64,000 nt of DNA from Tubiluchus corallicola (Eukaryota; Animalia; Priapulida), in the NCBI GenBank assembly GCA_030141605.1, contig JAQGDQ010000274.1, positions 62,001-126,000 on the forward strand. Reading direction: 5' to 3'. The position numbers were made by a program, and so were the translations under genes. The notes below the pieces were generated by a model. It made no database searches and was not told the origin of the DNA. It saw only the letters and a program-made list of their open reading frames with translations. Within the stretch, counting starts at the first letter, position 1, and each line of letters starts with the position of its first letter. Positions 26,826 to 39,392 of this stretch are shown piece after piece.

Positions 26826-27680
26826 CTGATTTGATTGATTGAATATCTTTATTGACATAAACATATGATAATAACAATGTAATAATTCATGTGTTAATTA
26901 ATACTGTAAAATGTTATTAAAGCTGTTTCCAGCCCACTTGGGCTTACAAGTCAATTTCATGAAAATTTATCACATAATAACTGTGCAGTTCATTTACATA
27001 GAATATCAAATAAAAAAATATATATAATATGGAATTTTAACATATACCTGAATGGACAAGTCATGTATTAAATATATATCTTGCTTTGCCTCATTCTAAA
27101 AATCTTATAAGTATATTTTGCAGTCCTAAGGACATTCTCTTCTGACATAATATATTTCCATTTATTTACATTATCTAATTGTTCCGGGTCCATGTTAATA
27201 TCTTGGAAAAATTCTTCTCTCTCTAGTCTATAATGTGTACAAACAAACATAAAGTGAGATTCATCTTCTACATCTCCACAGCAACATATCTTACACAAAC
27301 GTTCACCAACCTTAACATTTCTAAACCTACCATGCTCCAGTTCCAGGGGAAGAGTACCACTTCTTAGCTTTGCAAGCACAGACCTGTATTTTCCTTGCAT
27401 ATTAATATAAACATATGGTTCTACTCCAAAGCTGTTCTTATACAATATATATGTTCTAAGTTTAGGGTAATCTGCATTTTTTGCTTTCCAATCAACACAT
27501 TGTTTCTCATACAGCTGTGCCCATGCTCTGCTAAGAGGTACAGTATCCATATTAACAAAAGCTTGCTGGAACCCTGCTTCCTCTAGGACTTTAGAAATTT
27601 CATATGACCAACCAACGTTGGTATTACGGTCCCAAAGAAATATTCTCTTAACAAGTCTAGAATTATCAAGTGTTAAAATT
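26826..27680 (-). mobile_element. 5'-truncated LINE with intact C-terminal Cys/His domain, polyA signal and (CAAT)n tail
   Basis: ORF 27068-27550: KLRTYILYKNSFGVEPYV...LAKLRSGTLPLELEHGRF...RLCKIC...VEDESHFMFVC; minus-strand AATAAA then TCAATCAATCAAATCAG; sits inside a CGTAC-rich repeat (26715-26826 / 27680-27765). Confidence 0.85.
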
Positions 27681-28310
27681 CGTATTTCGTACTAGTACGA
27701 TAAAATACCGTACCGTAGCTACAAAATCGAATCGTACCGTACTAGTACGAAAAAATATCGTGCCGTGAATAATTGTAAATACGTTTCGTTACTGCGCAGT
27801 AGTTTAGATTGCACTGACACATTTGCCTTTAGCTGTGTAAGTTTTTAGTAACTAACACTGATTTATCATCTCTGTAAAGTTTTTGTTCAGTGATTATCAA
27901 TATACAAGCGGATAATATAATATATTATCAGTATATACATATTTTTATAAGCTGGCAAAAACGAATTGAAAACAGATAAAATTTTAATAAGGTACGTTAA
28001 AGTCTATAAAAGTCTTTTAACAGTTACAAATGCGAGAAAGAGAGTTACAGGAGAATGAGGTACTTTGCCTGGGTTGTTTTTCATATCATTACGTAGCATG
28101 ATAGTAGGGTCTTCACATTTTATCACCATGTTTTCACCTGTTGTCACGGCAACTTGGCAACCACAACATCAGCAACAGGTAAGGTCCTAGAGCAGGAAAT
28201 TTCAAGGTCAAGCTGGGGTCATTCTAATTTCCCGTTTAACACTTTTCTGGGTGAGACGTCACATATGATACAAACTTTACAAGTTCTTAAAGCAAAACCA
28301 GACCCAATCT

Positions 28311-28768
28311 AAAAACTGCAGGTCAAAACAATCTACTCTTAAAATATTGAAAGGAAACATACTATTTTTTCAAAAATGACTTACGTGAAAGGATTATTGG
28401 GCACTAGCGCCTGCATTTCGGAAACAAAAAACAGGTGCTTTACATCTCAGTTCAGATGTGTTAGTTTGTGACGAACTACACACGTTCGACAGCTCATACG
28501 TGAGCAAAACGGTAAATCTGAAATTTGAATTTATATCTTAAAACTTGCCTAGTTTTAGTACATACTGAATGTCTTACAGTAGCACTGTACTTCAACTTTC
28601 GCTTTCGCAAACACGTGCAACACACGCTCATGAAATATTTTTGCTGTTGAAAATTATGTTAGTTTGTGAGGTCATCAATAGTTGGGTAACTAAGTTTTTA
28701 ATGTATTATTTAATTATCAGAAATGTTTTTTAGGGTAGTATATGAAAAATCATCCTGTCTTCCTTTAA
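28311..28768 (-). mobile_element. Kolobok/T2-like MITE family K2 (partial)
   Basis: Ends CATCCTGTCTTCCT-TTAA; homologous to 43748-44200, 46260-46576, 54015-54450 and 59757-60245. Confidence 0.7.
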
Positions 28769-30566
28769 GCTTTTTCAAGATTTCTCAGCAGTGACAGCAC
28801 CTCACAATTACATCATTCATTAAATAAAGCAGTACTCATCAAGTCAGCTAATATGATAATACAATTACTGCTAATTACGCCTAATACAACTTGTTATCTA
28901 TGACAAAACAAGATTTCAGAGTTTAGCAAAGGCATTAAATGTATGGGGATATTTTCCTTGCGAAGAGCAGTGATTATGGTTGATTTATTTATTAAAATTT
29001 CAGTGTAAAGTCAATAAAGTTGCATAAATTCTTTGTAGAGCAATGGAGTGTTTCATATACGATGCTGCATAATAATTTGCATGGCATAATATGTATTTTC
29101 TGAACCGTAAAAATGTGGGCGATGAGACGGACAAAAGAGGGCCAGAGCACCAGGCGCTGGCTTTGCTTAGGGCATCAGCACATCTTATTCCGACCCTGGT
29201 ACAAGTCATTAGTTGGTAAAAGGGAATGTGATCTTCATCATCATCATCATCATCATCATGCTACGATGCTAGTCTTGACGCTACCTTCATTACTCAACAC
29301 TCCTGATGCTAGTCTTGACGTTATTTCACAATTCTCTGACGCCCTTAACGCCAATCGTTTTACGTAAATTGACATTTATTAACGTAGTTTGACGCTGCTT
29401 AGAAGTGCAGCTTTGAAACGGCTAAGTACACAAAATAGAAAACTGCTTTATTAATACAAGTCCATTGTTTTTGTTTGAGGTTCTTTATTGCAATAACGCT
29501 GTTTTATTGACGTAAATTGAGAATAAATGAAATAATATTATTATTACAAAACATTATTACATGCCATTATTTTTTCAACTTGTCACTGTTCGTCTGTGAA
29601 CGTCATTACTTGCAATAAGAACAATAAAGTAATTAAGTATTAACGTACAAGACTTAACCAAATTACTTTATATATAACTAATAAGCTTTTATAGAAAAAG
29701 TACAATTATACAAAGGTATGAATAGATTTTCTCTAGGCTTAACTTTTTTCCATCAAAAGTTAGGTTAAAAAACCCCTAGATATGAAAAGTGACACTTTGA
29801 TAAATGTGTACTTTTTAATATAAAAACTTATTAAGCAAGAACAGAATGGTAATATCGTAGCTATGTCAATATTACCATCTTATGTAACATCAACGTTTTA
29901 ACAGGAAAACTATTTCAACAGCATAAATTTTTACTTTTTTTAACTTAACAAATGTCTATAGATACTAAAAATTTTTGATATTTTAGTAACGTTTTTAAAT
30001 CCGAATAACAAAGTAACAGAACAAGGTAACAATTTTTTTCAATATTTCGGTTCGGTTTCGTTTCGTGGTTTTATGTACCACATTTAACATAATTTATTTA
30101 ATTTTAATCTAAATTTAATTAAACAACAAAAATAAATAAAAATCTTTCTGTTACAGTAACTGTTCAGTAGGCAGGCATAACAATCATTGGCAGCAACAGT
30201 CCTGTCGTCATAGGTACACTTAACATCGAGTCGAAATACATCGATTGCATATATCACATTGTGTACTAAATGTTCAACTAACATCTCTAACAATATTATA
30301 AAACTACAGGTATAATTAAGTTTGATTATATTGTCGGCCTAACTACTTCCAAAACTTACACAAAATACTCTATTTTCAGCTTTGTGTAATGTCGTCACAG
30401 AGTAAATATAAGCTAAGAACAGCTTCGTAAAGCGTTTTGAAGTGAAAATTGTTGATATCACATCTCAAACGCAAGTCAGTCAGATTGTCAGTCAGTCAGA
30501 AATTACTCAGAAACAATAGATAGATCACAGATTGCATGTTTACCAGTTCAAATTACTTTTAATGAT

Positions 30567-32072
30567 TTAATAGCTTCCACCGTTATTTGTTCTTCCTCCA
30601 CGTCTTCCATACTGATGTCTACTAACAACTACGCGACCTTGAGAATTGTTGTTGCCATAGCCACTGTAACCGTTGTTGTTGTTGCCATAGCCGCTGTTAC
30701 CATTGTTGTTGTTGTCATAGCCACTGTTGCCATTGTTGTTACCATAGCCACTGCTTCCATTGTTGTCGTTACCATAGCCGCTGTTACCATTGTTGTTGCT
30801 GCCATACCCACTGTTGCCATTGCTGTTATTATCATAGCCGCTGTTACCATTGCTACTTCCATAGCCACTGTTTCCATTGTTGTCGTTGCCATAGCCACTG
30901 TTACCATTGCTGCTACCATAGCCACTGTTTCCATTGTTGTCGTTGCCATAGCCACTGTTACCATTGCTGCTACCATAGCCACTGTTACCATTGTTGTTGT
31001 TGCCATAGCCACTGTTACCATTGTTGTTGTTGCCATAGCCACTGTTACCATTGTTGTTGTTGCCATAGCCACTGTTTCCATTGTTAGCGTTGTTACTGCT
31101 GCCATATTGATGTCTGCTGACAACTGTTTGGCCATAACCATCGTTGCCATTGTTGCTTCCATATCCTCCACTGCTGCTTCCACTGTTGCTTCCATATCCG
31201 CCACTGCTACTTCCACTGTTGCTTCCATATCCACCATTGCTACTTCCACTGCTGCTTCCATATCCGCCACTGCCACTTCCACTGTTGCTTCCATATCCGT
31301 CACTGCTACTTCCACTGTTGCTTCCATATCCGCCACTGCTACTTCCACTGTTGCTTCCATATCCGCCACTGCTACTTCCACTGCTGCTTCCATATCCGCC
31401 ACTGCTACTTCCACTGTTGCTTCCATGTCCGCCACTGCTACTTCCACCGTTGCTTCCATATCCACCACTGCTGCTTCCACCGTTGCTTCCATATCCACCA
31501 CTGCTGCTTCCGCCATTGCTACCATTGCTTCCATATCCACCACTGCTGCTTCCGCCATTGCTACCATTGCTTCCATATCCACCACTGCTGCTTCCGCCAT
31601 TGCTACCATTGCTTCCATATCCACCACTGCTGCTTCCGCCATTGCTACCATTGCTTCCATATCCACCACTGCTGCTTCCGCCATTGCTACCATTGCTTCC
31701 ATATCCGGAAGACCCATTATTTTTGTTTTTCTTGTTTTTCTTGTTACGCTTTCTGTGTTGTTTTCTAGTTACTTGTGGCGGTGGCGTGTGGAAGATGTAG
31801 TGATCCGTGTATGTGGATTCATATAAATCTTCGTATGGAATGGTATGCCGTCTGAAATACACATAAGGCGGGAGTGTTGTAGCCGCAGTTTGAGACACTC
31901 TGTTCCTGTGGAGGTAGCCATAATATCGTGGATTTAGTGATATGGGAGGGTATCTGTTACTGTTACCATTACCATTGCTACCGTTGCTACCATAACCGCG
32001 GTGTCTATTCCTATTTCTGTTTCGTCTTCTTCTTAAGCCAGCTGCATCTGATAATGCAACGCTTGCTATGAC
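30567..32072 (-). CDS. Secreted Gly/Ser/Asn/Tyr-rich GYG-repeat protein, paralogue 2, main coding exon (join with 33005-32976; 511 aa)
   Basis: TATTTTAG acceptor before 32072, phase 0; the frame is open 58 codons upstream of the ORF-track start: VIASVALSDAAGLRRRRNRNRNRHRGYG...YYGYLHR...PYVYFRRHTIPYEDLYESTYTDHYIFHTP, then a basic linker, SSSGGYGSNG(SNG) repeats, NNGNSGYG repeats and 2 x VVSRHQYG. Confidence 0.9.
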   Translation of the reverse strand, partial: VIASVALSDAAGLRRRRNRNRNRHRGYGSNGSNGNGNSNRYPPISLNPRYYGYLHRNRVSQTAATTLPPYVYFRRHTIPYEDLYESTYTDHYIFHTPPPQVTRKQHRKRNKKNKKNKNNGSSGYGSNGSNGGSSSGGYGSNGSNGGSSSGGYGSNGSNGGSSSGGYGSNGSNGGSSSGGYGSNGSNGGSSSGGYGSNGGSSSGGYGSNGGSSSGGHGSNSGSSSGGYGSSSGSSSGGYGSNSGSSSGGYGSNSGSSSDGYGSNSGSGSGGYGSSSGSSNGGYGSNSGSSSGGYGSNSGSSSGGYGSNNGNDGYGQTVVSRHQYGSSNNANNGNSGYGNNNNGNSGYGNNNNGNSGYGNNNNGNSGYGSSNGNSGYGNDNNGNSGYGSSNGNSGYGNDNNGNSGYGSSNGNSGYDNNSNGNSGYGSNNNGNSGYGNDNNGSSGYGNNNGNSGYDNNNNGNSGYGNNNNGYSGYGNNNSQGRVVVSRHQYGRRGGRTNNGGSY

Positions 32073-32975
32073 CTAAAATAACAAATCAGAAGTTTTACTT
32101 TTGGCTGACTCAAACTGAAACTACAAAACAACAGATTAGAATTTAACTCATCAAACTAAACAAGGTTGTAATGGAGGAAATTACAGAGAAATGTACAAAT
32201 TTTTTACCTAACACAAAAAAGGTGAGAACCAAAAAAGAACACAGCAGGTAACAATTTATTCAAGACTACGTAATGAAGAACCACAGTAGTAAGCATTATA
32301 AGTATATTTACTATTATACAGTCATTATACAATAGTTTGGAATAACATAATCTGATGCATTTTGTTTATGAGTGTTTTAATATTTTCAAATAATCTTATT
32401 TTTGTTATAACTAACCTAACTTGCAATTCCTGAAATGATTTGTAACTCATTTGAATGGACTGTCATCAGTCAACAAATCTACTACTAAGAATAAAATACA
32501 ACTTCTACATTTTGCACTTCTTCTTCTTCACTGAATCAAACGTCCAGGGACATGATTCTGCTCACCTCTCTATGCCAGGACTCCCTACACGCTGCAATGC
32601 AATGTGCGTGGGGCCTTTTGCACAACGTACAACAAGTGTGAACTACAATAAGGGAAACCATCAGCATGTCAATGTGAAAGTGACAAGAGACTAAACCCAC
32701 CAGGACCACTACAGACCCTGACGAATATAGTCAAAGAAATTTCAAAACACAAATAGATAGAACGCGACAAGGCAGCACTGATGACACTTGCGTATTAAAA
32801 ATTGGGCGTTGCTTCATAATGTAACATAATATTGCACGTTGCAGCCCACCATAGCAATCACAGTCACATCTAAAGCCGGAAGGTTTCACTGATCCGTCTA
32901 CTACTGTGATGGCCATTGTAGCAACTTATATTACACGAAAAGCACGTCATTTAAATAGTTAATTCCAAAACTTAC

Positions 32976-33005
32976 AAGAAACGTCACCACTATGAGGTAC
33001 TTCAT
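32976..33005 (-). CDS. Paralogue 2 first coding exon (MKYLIVVTFL; signal peptide start)
   Basis: Acceptor ...ttgttttcCAG at 33021-33023, 15 nt of UTR, ATG at 33005, 10 codons, GTAAGT donor at 32975, phase 0. Same architecture as paralogue 1. Confidence 0.88.
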
Positions 33006-33059
33006 TGTTGAATATCAAATCTGGAAAACAAAATGCTGTGAAAATACATTCTGGAAACA

Positions 33060-33061
<2 letters not shown>

Positions 33062-33123
<62 letters not shown>

Positions 33124-33575
33124 TGTCATTGCAATAGGAGCGGCTCATTTCAGATGTTTTTGAGGCAATTAAGCGTGAGTCTAATAAACGGCGCCTACTG
33201 TACTAGATTCACTATACGTTTGTATTTCTGCAGTCGTGTGTCCCAAATCATCCAGCCTGCTGTCGACCATATTAGTCCATAGAAAATTTATTTAGCCGGG
33301 CTACTTCCCGAATTGTGACACTAATGCGTTCACTTAGAATGTGTCACGTTCAGTTAATCGAATTTTGCTCTGTTAAGTGGTTTCCGACACGATGTTTATA
33401 AATTTGCATGGAACAGATTCTTTCAAATGCATTGACAATTTTGACAGTACGTGCAGCGTTGCCATTAGTTATTTATGCTGTTTATGGAGGCGTAAATATG
33501 GTAAGTTGCCGGGAAAATAGAGTTTCTTGTCAATAACAAAATCGGCAAAATCTCGGATTCAATTCAAACCGATCG
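33062..33575. mobile_element. Truncated copy of an unidentified young element with an (AAT)n end
   Basis: 33121-33575 is the near-exact reverse complement of 62624-63078 (2 substitutions seen); both abut (AAT)n. Confidence 0.8.
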
Positions 33576-33589
33576 TTGTTGTTGTTAAT

Positions 33590-33845
33590 TATTATTTCTA
33601 TTTATTTAAAGTCCGTGTTTAGATAAACAATTAACATAAGCTCACAAGCTTTTTGCCGACTGTGAATAACAACCTACAACTACATAACAGAGACTATTAT
33701 TACCCCACTTTTACCCTAAATAACGCGAGCCAGGCAGGGCAATAGCAGGCATCGTTTCTAAAGTCTTTGGTATGACCCAGTCGCTGTATCGAACTCATGA
33801 CTTCAGAGGCAGATAGCGGACGCGTTACCACTAGACTATACCGTG
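33590..33845 (-). mobile_element. tRNA-derived SINE with MetaSINE-like core
   Basis: Minus strand: A box TAGTCTAGTGG, B box GAGTTCGATAC, then GGGTCATACCAAAGACTTT core and an AT-rich tail; second copy at 41405-41607. Confidence 0.75.
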
Positions 33846-33969
33846 TACAGTATACAGTCTGGTCTAAAAGAAGGAGTAGTCCAGTGGCATATAAAAAATT
33901 TAGTTGTTAAATCGTTTAAGTTAGCTGCTCCAAAAAAAACTTGTGACGTATTGTGCCAAGCTGAACATT

Positions 33970-35682
33970 GAGGAGGGATTCCTGTTAAAAGGTGAAACGA
34001 CCTTAACTTGTCCTTGGCTGATTGGTTGGTTTTTCCTGGAATAGCAGCAGAATACTGCACAGCTTGGGCTGCAGGAAGCACCCGATCAATAAAATAGCGT
34101 GTACGATCACGCAAGTGTACAACAGACTAAGCTACTCAATAGGTTAAGTTAGAGTGCCTTAGAAACTGACGCTTATAAAACGTCTCTACATCTGTTAATA
34201 GATATACTTAATTGTAAGTGTGAAAGTATTCACACGATTTCAGAAGATGTATAGAACACCTTGTTTCAAATTTGTTTGATCCTATAACATTATGGCCTGA
34301 AATGCTTTTAAATCTAGTTGGTTTTATATAAAAATACTTTACACGAATTACGTACATGTATTTTAATGAGAAATAAAACGAGAAATGAATAAGAATAAGA
34401 ACAATAAAATAAACAGTTAGTAAAACTAGGTCGTCTGATTTTTCACGCACCATTTCTCTTGCACGCTCGCCAATACGCAACGATATTGTTTATATTGAAT
34501 ATATAAAAATAAATATCTCGTGTAAGAGTCGCTCGTATCTACAAGCATCACGCTGGGGGGAGAAAATAATTCTTACAATGAATTTATCGATGTTAAGAAA
34601 ATACATATATATTTCCCCATCATGTTGAGGGGGAGGGGGAGAGGCAGAAAATGATTCTTACAATGAACTTAACCTGTATTAAGGAAATAAAGATATATTT
34701 CAACCATCATGTTAAGGGGGGAGGTAGAAAATAATTCTTACAATGAAATTAACCTGTATTAAGGAAAGAAAGATATATTTCAACAATCATGTTAAGGGGG
34801 AGGAGGTAGAAAATAATTCTTACAATGAAATTAACCTGTATTAAGAAAATAAAGATATATTTCCCCCTAAATGTCAATTCAGCTACCATGCCATATATCT
34901 ATGTATTAGTATTTTGGTACTTCGTATTAATTAAACCGTATACCATAATAAAATTTGCTTTATGCTTTTATTGTTGCTAAGTGGCGTTAAACAAAAACTA
35001 AGTGCAAACTGTACTGTGTTTGAGGTCCTCAATGTCTCTTGTAATAGGCAATAACTATGCCTCCAGTTATGACTGTTTCTAGAAAATACAACATAAAAGT
35101 GGTATGTTAAATAAATGGCTGTTAATATTAGGTCCTATTAAGTATTAAATTGTCATAGAATTTGGTGTATATTACATTTTATAGTATATTTAAAGGAGTA
35201 AACTAGAAAAAGTGGGTTTTACAGACTATTTTCATGTTTAATAATCCAGACCTTTAATTTTTTTATACTCATAAAAATTACTGATGTCAACTCCTTCAGG
35301 ACCGCACATTTAAAGCAGGTGTTAAGAAACCTGTGACATTTCTGTTACTATATGAGCACAGATATAACTAAATGATTACAAATCGGTTACCGTTCAATTC
35401 AGGAGAATCTGGGCTATCCAATCGTACTACTTGTTTAAACATTCATAAGTGATTTAATTGGATAAAATTAAGAAAAACACACCCTTTTCAGACACTCCAA
35501 GTTAGCCTACTGAACAGCTTAGTCTGGTGTACACTTGCGTGATCGTACACACTATTTTATTGATTGCCTGCTGCTTGCTACAGCCCAAAGGAACTGTCTA
35601 TTATACAGAGTTCCAGGAAAAGTCAAACGATTAGCCAAGGACAAATTTAGATCATTTCATCTTTTAATAACAATTCCTCCTT
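33970..35682. repeat. Diverged inverted repeat pair (33970-34160 / 35490-35682)
   Basis: For example GTGTACGATCACGCAAGTGTACAACAGACTAAGCT versus AGCTTAGTCTGGTGTACACTTGCGTGATCGTACAC. Confidence 0.75.
34555..34866. repeat. Minisatellite, ~75-85 bp unit, ~4 copies
   Basis: Repeated AGAAAATAATTCTTACAATGAA...ATATATTT...CATGTTAAGGGGG. Confidence 0.8.
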
Positions 35683-36204
35683 AAAAATAGAGTAGTCTTG
35701 AGGCCAAACTTTATCAGAGTGTTGTGTCTGGATAGTTGAAATTTTCTGCATTAACCAAGTGATACTGTACGTGTTTATAGTGCAAACGCGGCAGTTACAG
35801 CAAGATTTTTTAATTTATTCGTTTTAAATCGATTTTTAATTTACCTAAGGTAAGCAAATGCATTTCATATATAATTTCGGTTAAAAATCAATTGTGGGAG
35901 GAGTAGAAACTTACAAAAATTATCAAACGTTGCGCAGACGCTGCTTTGTGAAAGCAGTTTTTCGTGAACCCATGCAAAATTCAGTAAACGCTTACGGTCA
36001 TGAGGGAATTCACGTATGCTCACTAAATACGTTAGTCAGTAAAACTTCTAGTTACTAGTTTAATTAGTCAATCATTAATTCTCTTAGTTATTTAGCTTGT
36101 TCATTAGTTTGCCCGCTTTTTTGGTATTGGTTGAGCGACTGGTTGGTTAATTGCGTGAATAGTTGGTTAGTTTATTAATTAGTCAACTAATTTGTTGGGT
36201 GGCA

Positions 36205-36445
36205 GTTTGTTATTATTATTGTTATTGCTACCGTTGTCGTTGTCGTTGTCCTTGTCGTTATCGTTATCATTATCATTATCGTTATCGTTATCATTATCGT
36301 TATCGTTATCGTTATCGTTATCGTTATCGTTATCGTTATGATTGTGATTGTGATTGTGATTGTCATTGTCATTGTCATTGTCATTGTCATTGTCATTGTC
36401 GTTACTACTACTGCTGCTGCTGCTGCTGAAATTATTATTATTATT
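36205..36445. repeat. Graded compound microsatellite (TCGTTG/TCGTTA/TGATTG/TCATTG/CTA/CTG)
   Basis: Successive hexamer and trimer blocks differing from each other by one or two substitutions. Confidence 0.9.
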
Positions 36446-37864
36446 TGATTCTTTATTTCAGCTAGTAGACATAGTCTTAAGCCAATAATGACTAAGAAAA
36501 CTATTCGTAAAAACATAAACTTACAATTTACAGAAAAATGAGAGGAGAAATTAGTTAAAATATTTACAAAACTGTCATACACCAAAAGTACATTAAAATT
36601 ATGTTCAAATGGGCAAAAACTTTGAAGCATATAAAAACATCACAAATGTAAATTACATATGTGTTTGCTGTGCCTGTTTGTGTATTTACTGTTTGGTTGG
36701 TAGTAAGAAACTTTCTGTTTGCTGTAAGGAGAAATTGTCTTGTGTTTTGACGAAATTCATTTCTTATGGTCGCTTGGCTTAGCATAGAATGAATACATTA
36801 TATTAATGGCTGTGCATTGCATGTTAATAAAATCTTAAGATATATCGAAGATGAATACCATGCACCAGTGCACTATAAATAAGCTAATTAATTGTACATG
36901 GCATTAACCTACTTTGCGATATTGACAGCTAATGGCGAAATTTTATAGTTATATTTTGTGAGTAGAAGGTCCAATCTTTTCTTATTGCCTTTCTGCAAAA
37001 TTTCCAAAAGCTTTGGCATATATGCATGTCAACTGTTGATATTGTGGGATGTGGTAATTTAGGATTACAGCTCAATTTAAAGAAAAGGTCAGGTTTTCTA
37101 GGAGGGTGGGCTTATTTTAATGGGCGTAACTGTACTTTCATCGGCTCAGTCTTCAGACGTACAGATGAGTATGAACCACCGCTGTTAATATAATTAAAGG
37201 AAGACAGAATGATTTTACATTAAAGTGGCATTGCCGTAGTTTAAATTTACAACTTTTATACAGCGTTACTGCCGACGCAGGTCCTGTATGTAAAAAGGCA
37301 ATGTGCAAGTGGTATAGAATTTCAAGACAAACTTTTTAAGCTTTTTTGTAAGTGGAGGCAAAAAAGTGGACTTCAAAGTATATCCCGAAAACGTTCCACA
37401 CAATATTACTTTGCATTACGCTTACCTGTTAGAAAGTCTCATGTAATTCGTAATAGCACCTAATATAAAATATTAGGTGCTAAAATGTCACTACTTCACT
37501 ATCCCAGTGTGCATCACTGATTCACCAAAAATGTTCTTTAGTGTACAAACACTTAAAATTTAAAAGAATTGTACGCACAATATTTTAAAGACCACAATTA
37601 CGTATAAACTTAAAAGACTTAAAAGACTAACTTTACTATCTTATACAGACATAGATTAAGATCACAAAAAGTTAAAGCTTCTAAGTATAACAATGTTTTA
37701 ATTTGACGGGAGTTTTTTTACCTCATCTGAAAGCACATTTCATAAACGAGGTGGCAGCACTGGTAAAAGATCTATCTCCAGTATTAGTATCTGTATCAGA
37801 TGACCGTGTGTCAACCGGATGACGTGTAAAAACCAAGACAAATGACTAGCAGCAAGTTGATTCC

Positions 37865-38290
37865 TGCATTTGTAAGGAAGAAGAGGAACTTTAAATTTAA
37901 ATCTTTGACAGACTGGAAGCCAAGTTGCACAAGAATGGGTGTTATATGACAGGGTTGCTTGCTACGGATGAGCACGCGAGTTGAAGCATTTTGGACTCTT
38001 TGAAGGCAGCAGAGTGTCGGCCTCTGTCCGTTCTGCGACCATATTGGTAAGTTGCGTCATCAAATCTTGACATTGTCAATGCTTTTAATCTGGTTTTTGA
38101 ATGCGATTAGTGATTTAATAACATTGATTTCGATTGTCAGTGAATTTCAGTGCCGGACGGCTTTTTGCTGTTGAATTGTTTCCAAAGTGATGCTCTGGTA
38201 CCTCCATGTCAATAATTGCAGTGAATTGCAGTAATCAAGACGCGAAGTTACAAAAACATGAATAAGCTGCTTCGCTTACATTCATCAAAT
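37865..38290 (-). mobile_element. L2-like LINE fragment interrupted by a 160-bp insert
   Basis: KQLIHVFVTSRLDYCNSL, insert, then LQRVQNASTRVL...HITPILVQL...WLPVCQRFKFKVPLL, hallmark L2 ORF2 C-terminal motifs. Confidence 0.8.
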
Positions 38291-38972
38291 ATACTTTCTT
38301 GACAATTTGAGAACATCTTTACAAAAACGACAGCAAGCTCTTCATATCTACGGCAAGAAAGAGACCATCTATCGAAATATACAAAAGTACTAATATACAA
38401 AACATGGTATTAACACATTTTCTATATGGTTGTGCACTCTTCCAAAAAGTCAAAAGAGAAAATTAGATAAAAATAAATATGTTACAAAACGATGCACTAA
38501 AATTAATATTGGGTCTTTCATACAAATCGTCAATACAAGTCAAACATAAGAAGGCATATTCTGTAGCTAGCTTAGGAAACGAACTAAAAATCTCAATTAT
38601 AGAAGCCACGAAAGATTATTCATTTTCAAATATATAAATAATTCAAGTCTATCTTTGCTATCTTTATTATTTTCATATATCAGTTGTAAAACTGACTGTT
38701 TAAAAGCTAGTCATATGTAACATCTTCAATAAATTATGTTTAAAACAAATAATCTAAGTAATTCTTTCAAATTATGACTAGTCTAAAATCCAGAATATTT
38801 AATTTGAAACAAACCAGAGCATCACTTTGGAAACAATTCAACAGCAAAAAAGCCGTCCGGCACTGAAATTCACTGACAATCGAAATCAATGTTATTAAAT
38901 CACTAATCGCATTCAAAACCAGATTAAAAGCATTGATAATGTCAAGATTTGATGACGCAACTTACCAATATG
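38040..38972. repeat. Near-perfect 160-bp inverted repeat (38040-38199 / 38813-38972)
   Basis: One substitution and two 1-nt indels between the arms by eye. Confidence 0.92.
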
Positions 38973-39392
38973 ATAACTTACACACTAATGCAGAATTCAT
39001 TTACTCCAGACCATATTAAACATCTTAATTTTGCTGATGGTCAGTTTATAAATATGTGAAATATGCAAAGTTTAAGTTTAAAGTTGTTATTTTATTTTTG
39101 CACCTGTAGATTGGATTTTGGAGTGACGCATGCGACTCCAATGGTGTATGTTTTTTAACTATCACTGATTGAGCATCTTAATATTTTGTTATGATTCTCA
39201 ACATTGTTATGGTAAATAAAGATGTTGCTATACTATGCTGAAAGCTAACTGTGGCTAGCCTACTTACTACGGGTTCTGTCCTAAGTGGAAATAAATATGG
39301 TAAAATTGGCTAAAGTTGTACAATGACCTACAGACTTTATATGAAGTAACGAAGGAGGTATAGTTTTCTTTATATGATGTGTAAAGATCTAC

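Noticed and set aside
30615-31826. 403-aa antisense ORF and alternative-frame ORFs over paralogue 2 (and similar ones over paralogue 1)
   Set aside because: By-products of stop-poor repetitive Gly/Ser/Asn codons; only the GYG frame has splice signals, a signal peptide and a paralogue-conserved motif.
35915-35973. Candidate coding first exon for paralogue 2 (ATG near 35973, donor at 35914)
   Set aside because: The ATG frame hits a stop before the donor; the exon at 33005-32976 fits much better. It could still be a non-coding exon.
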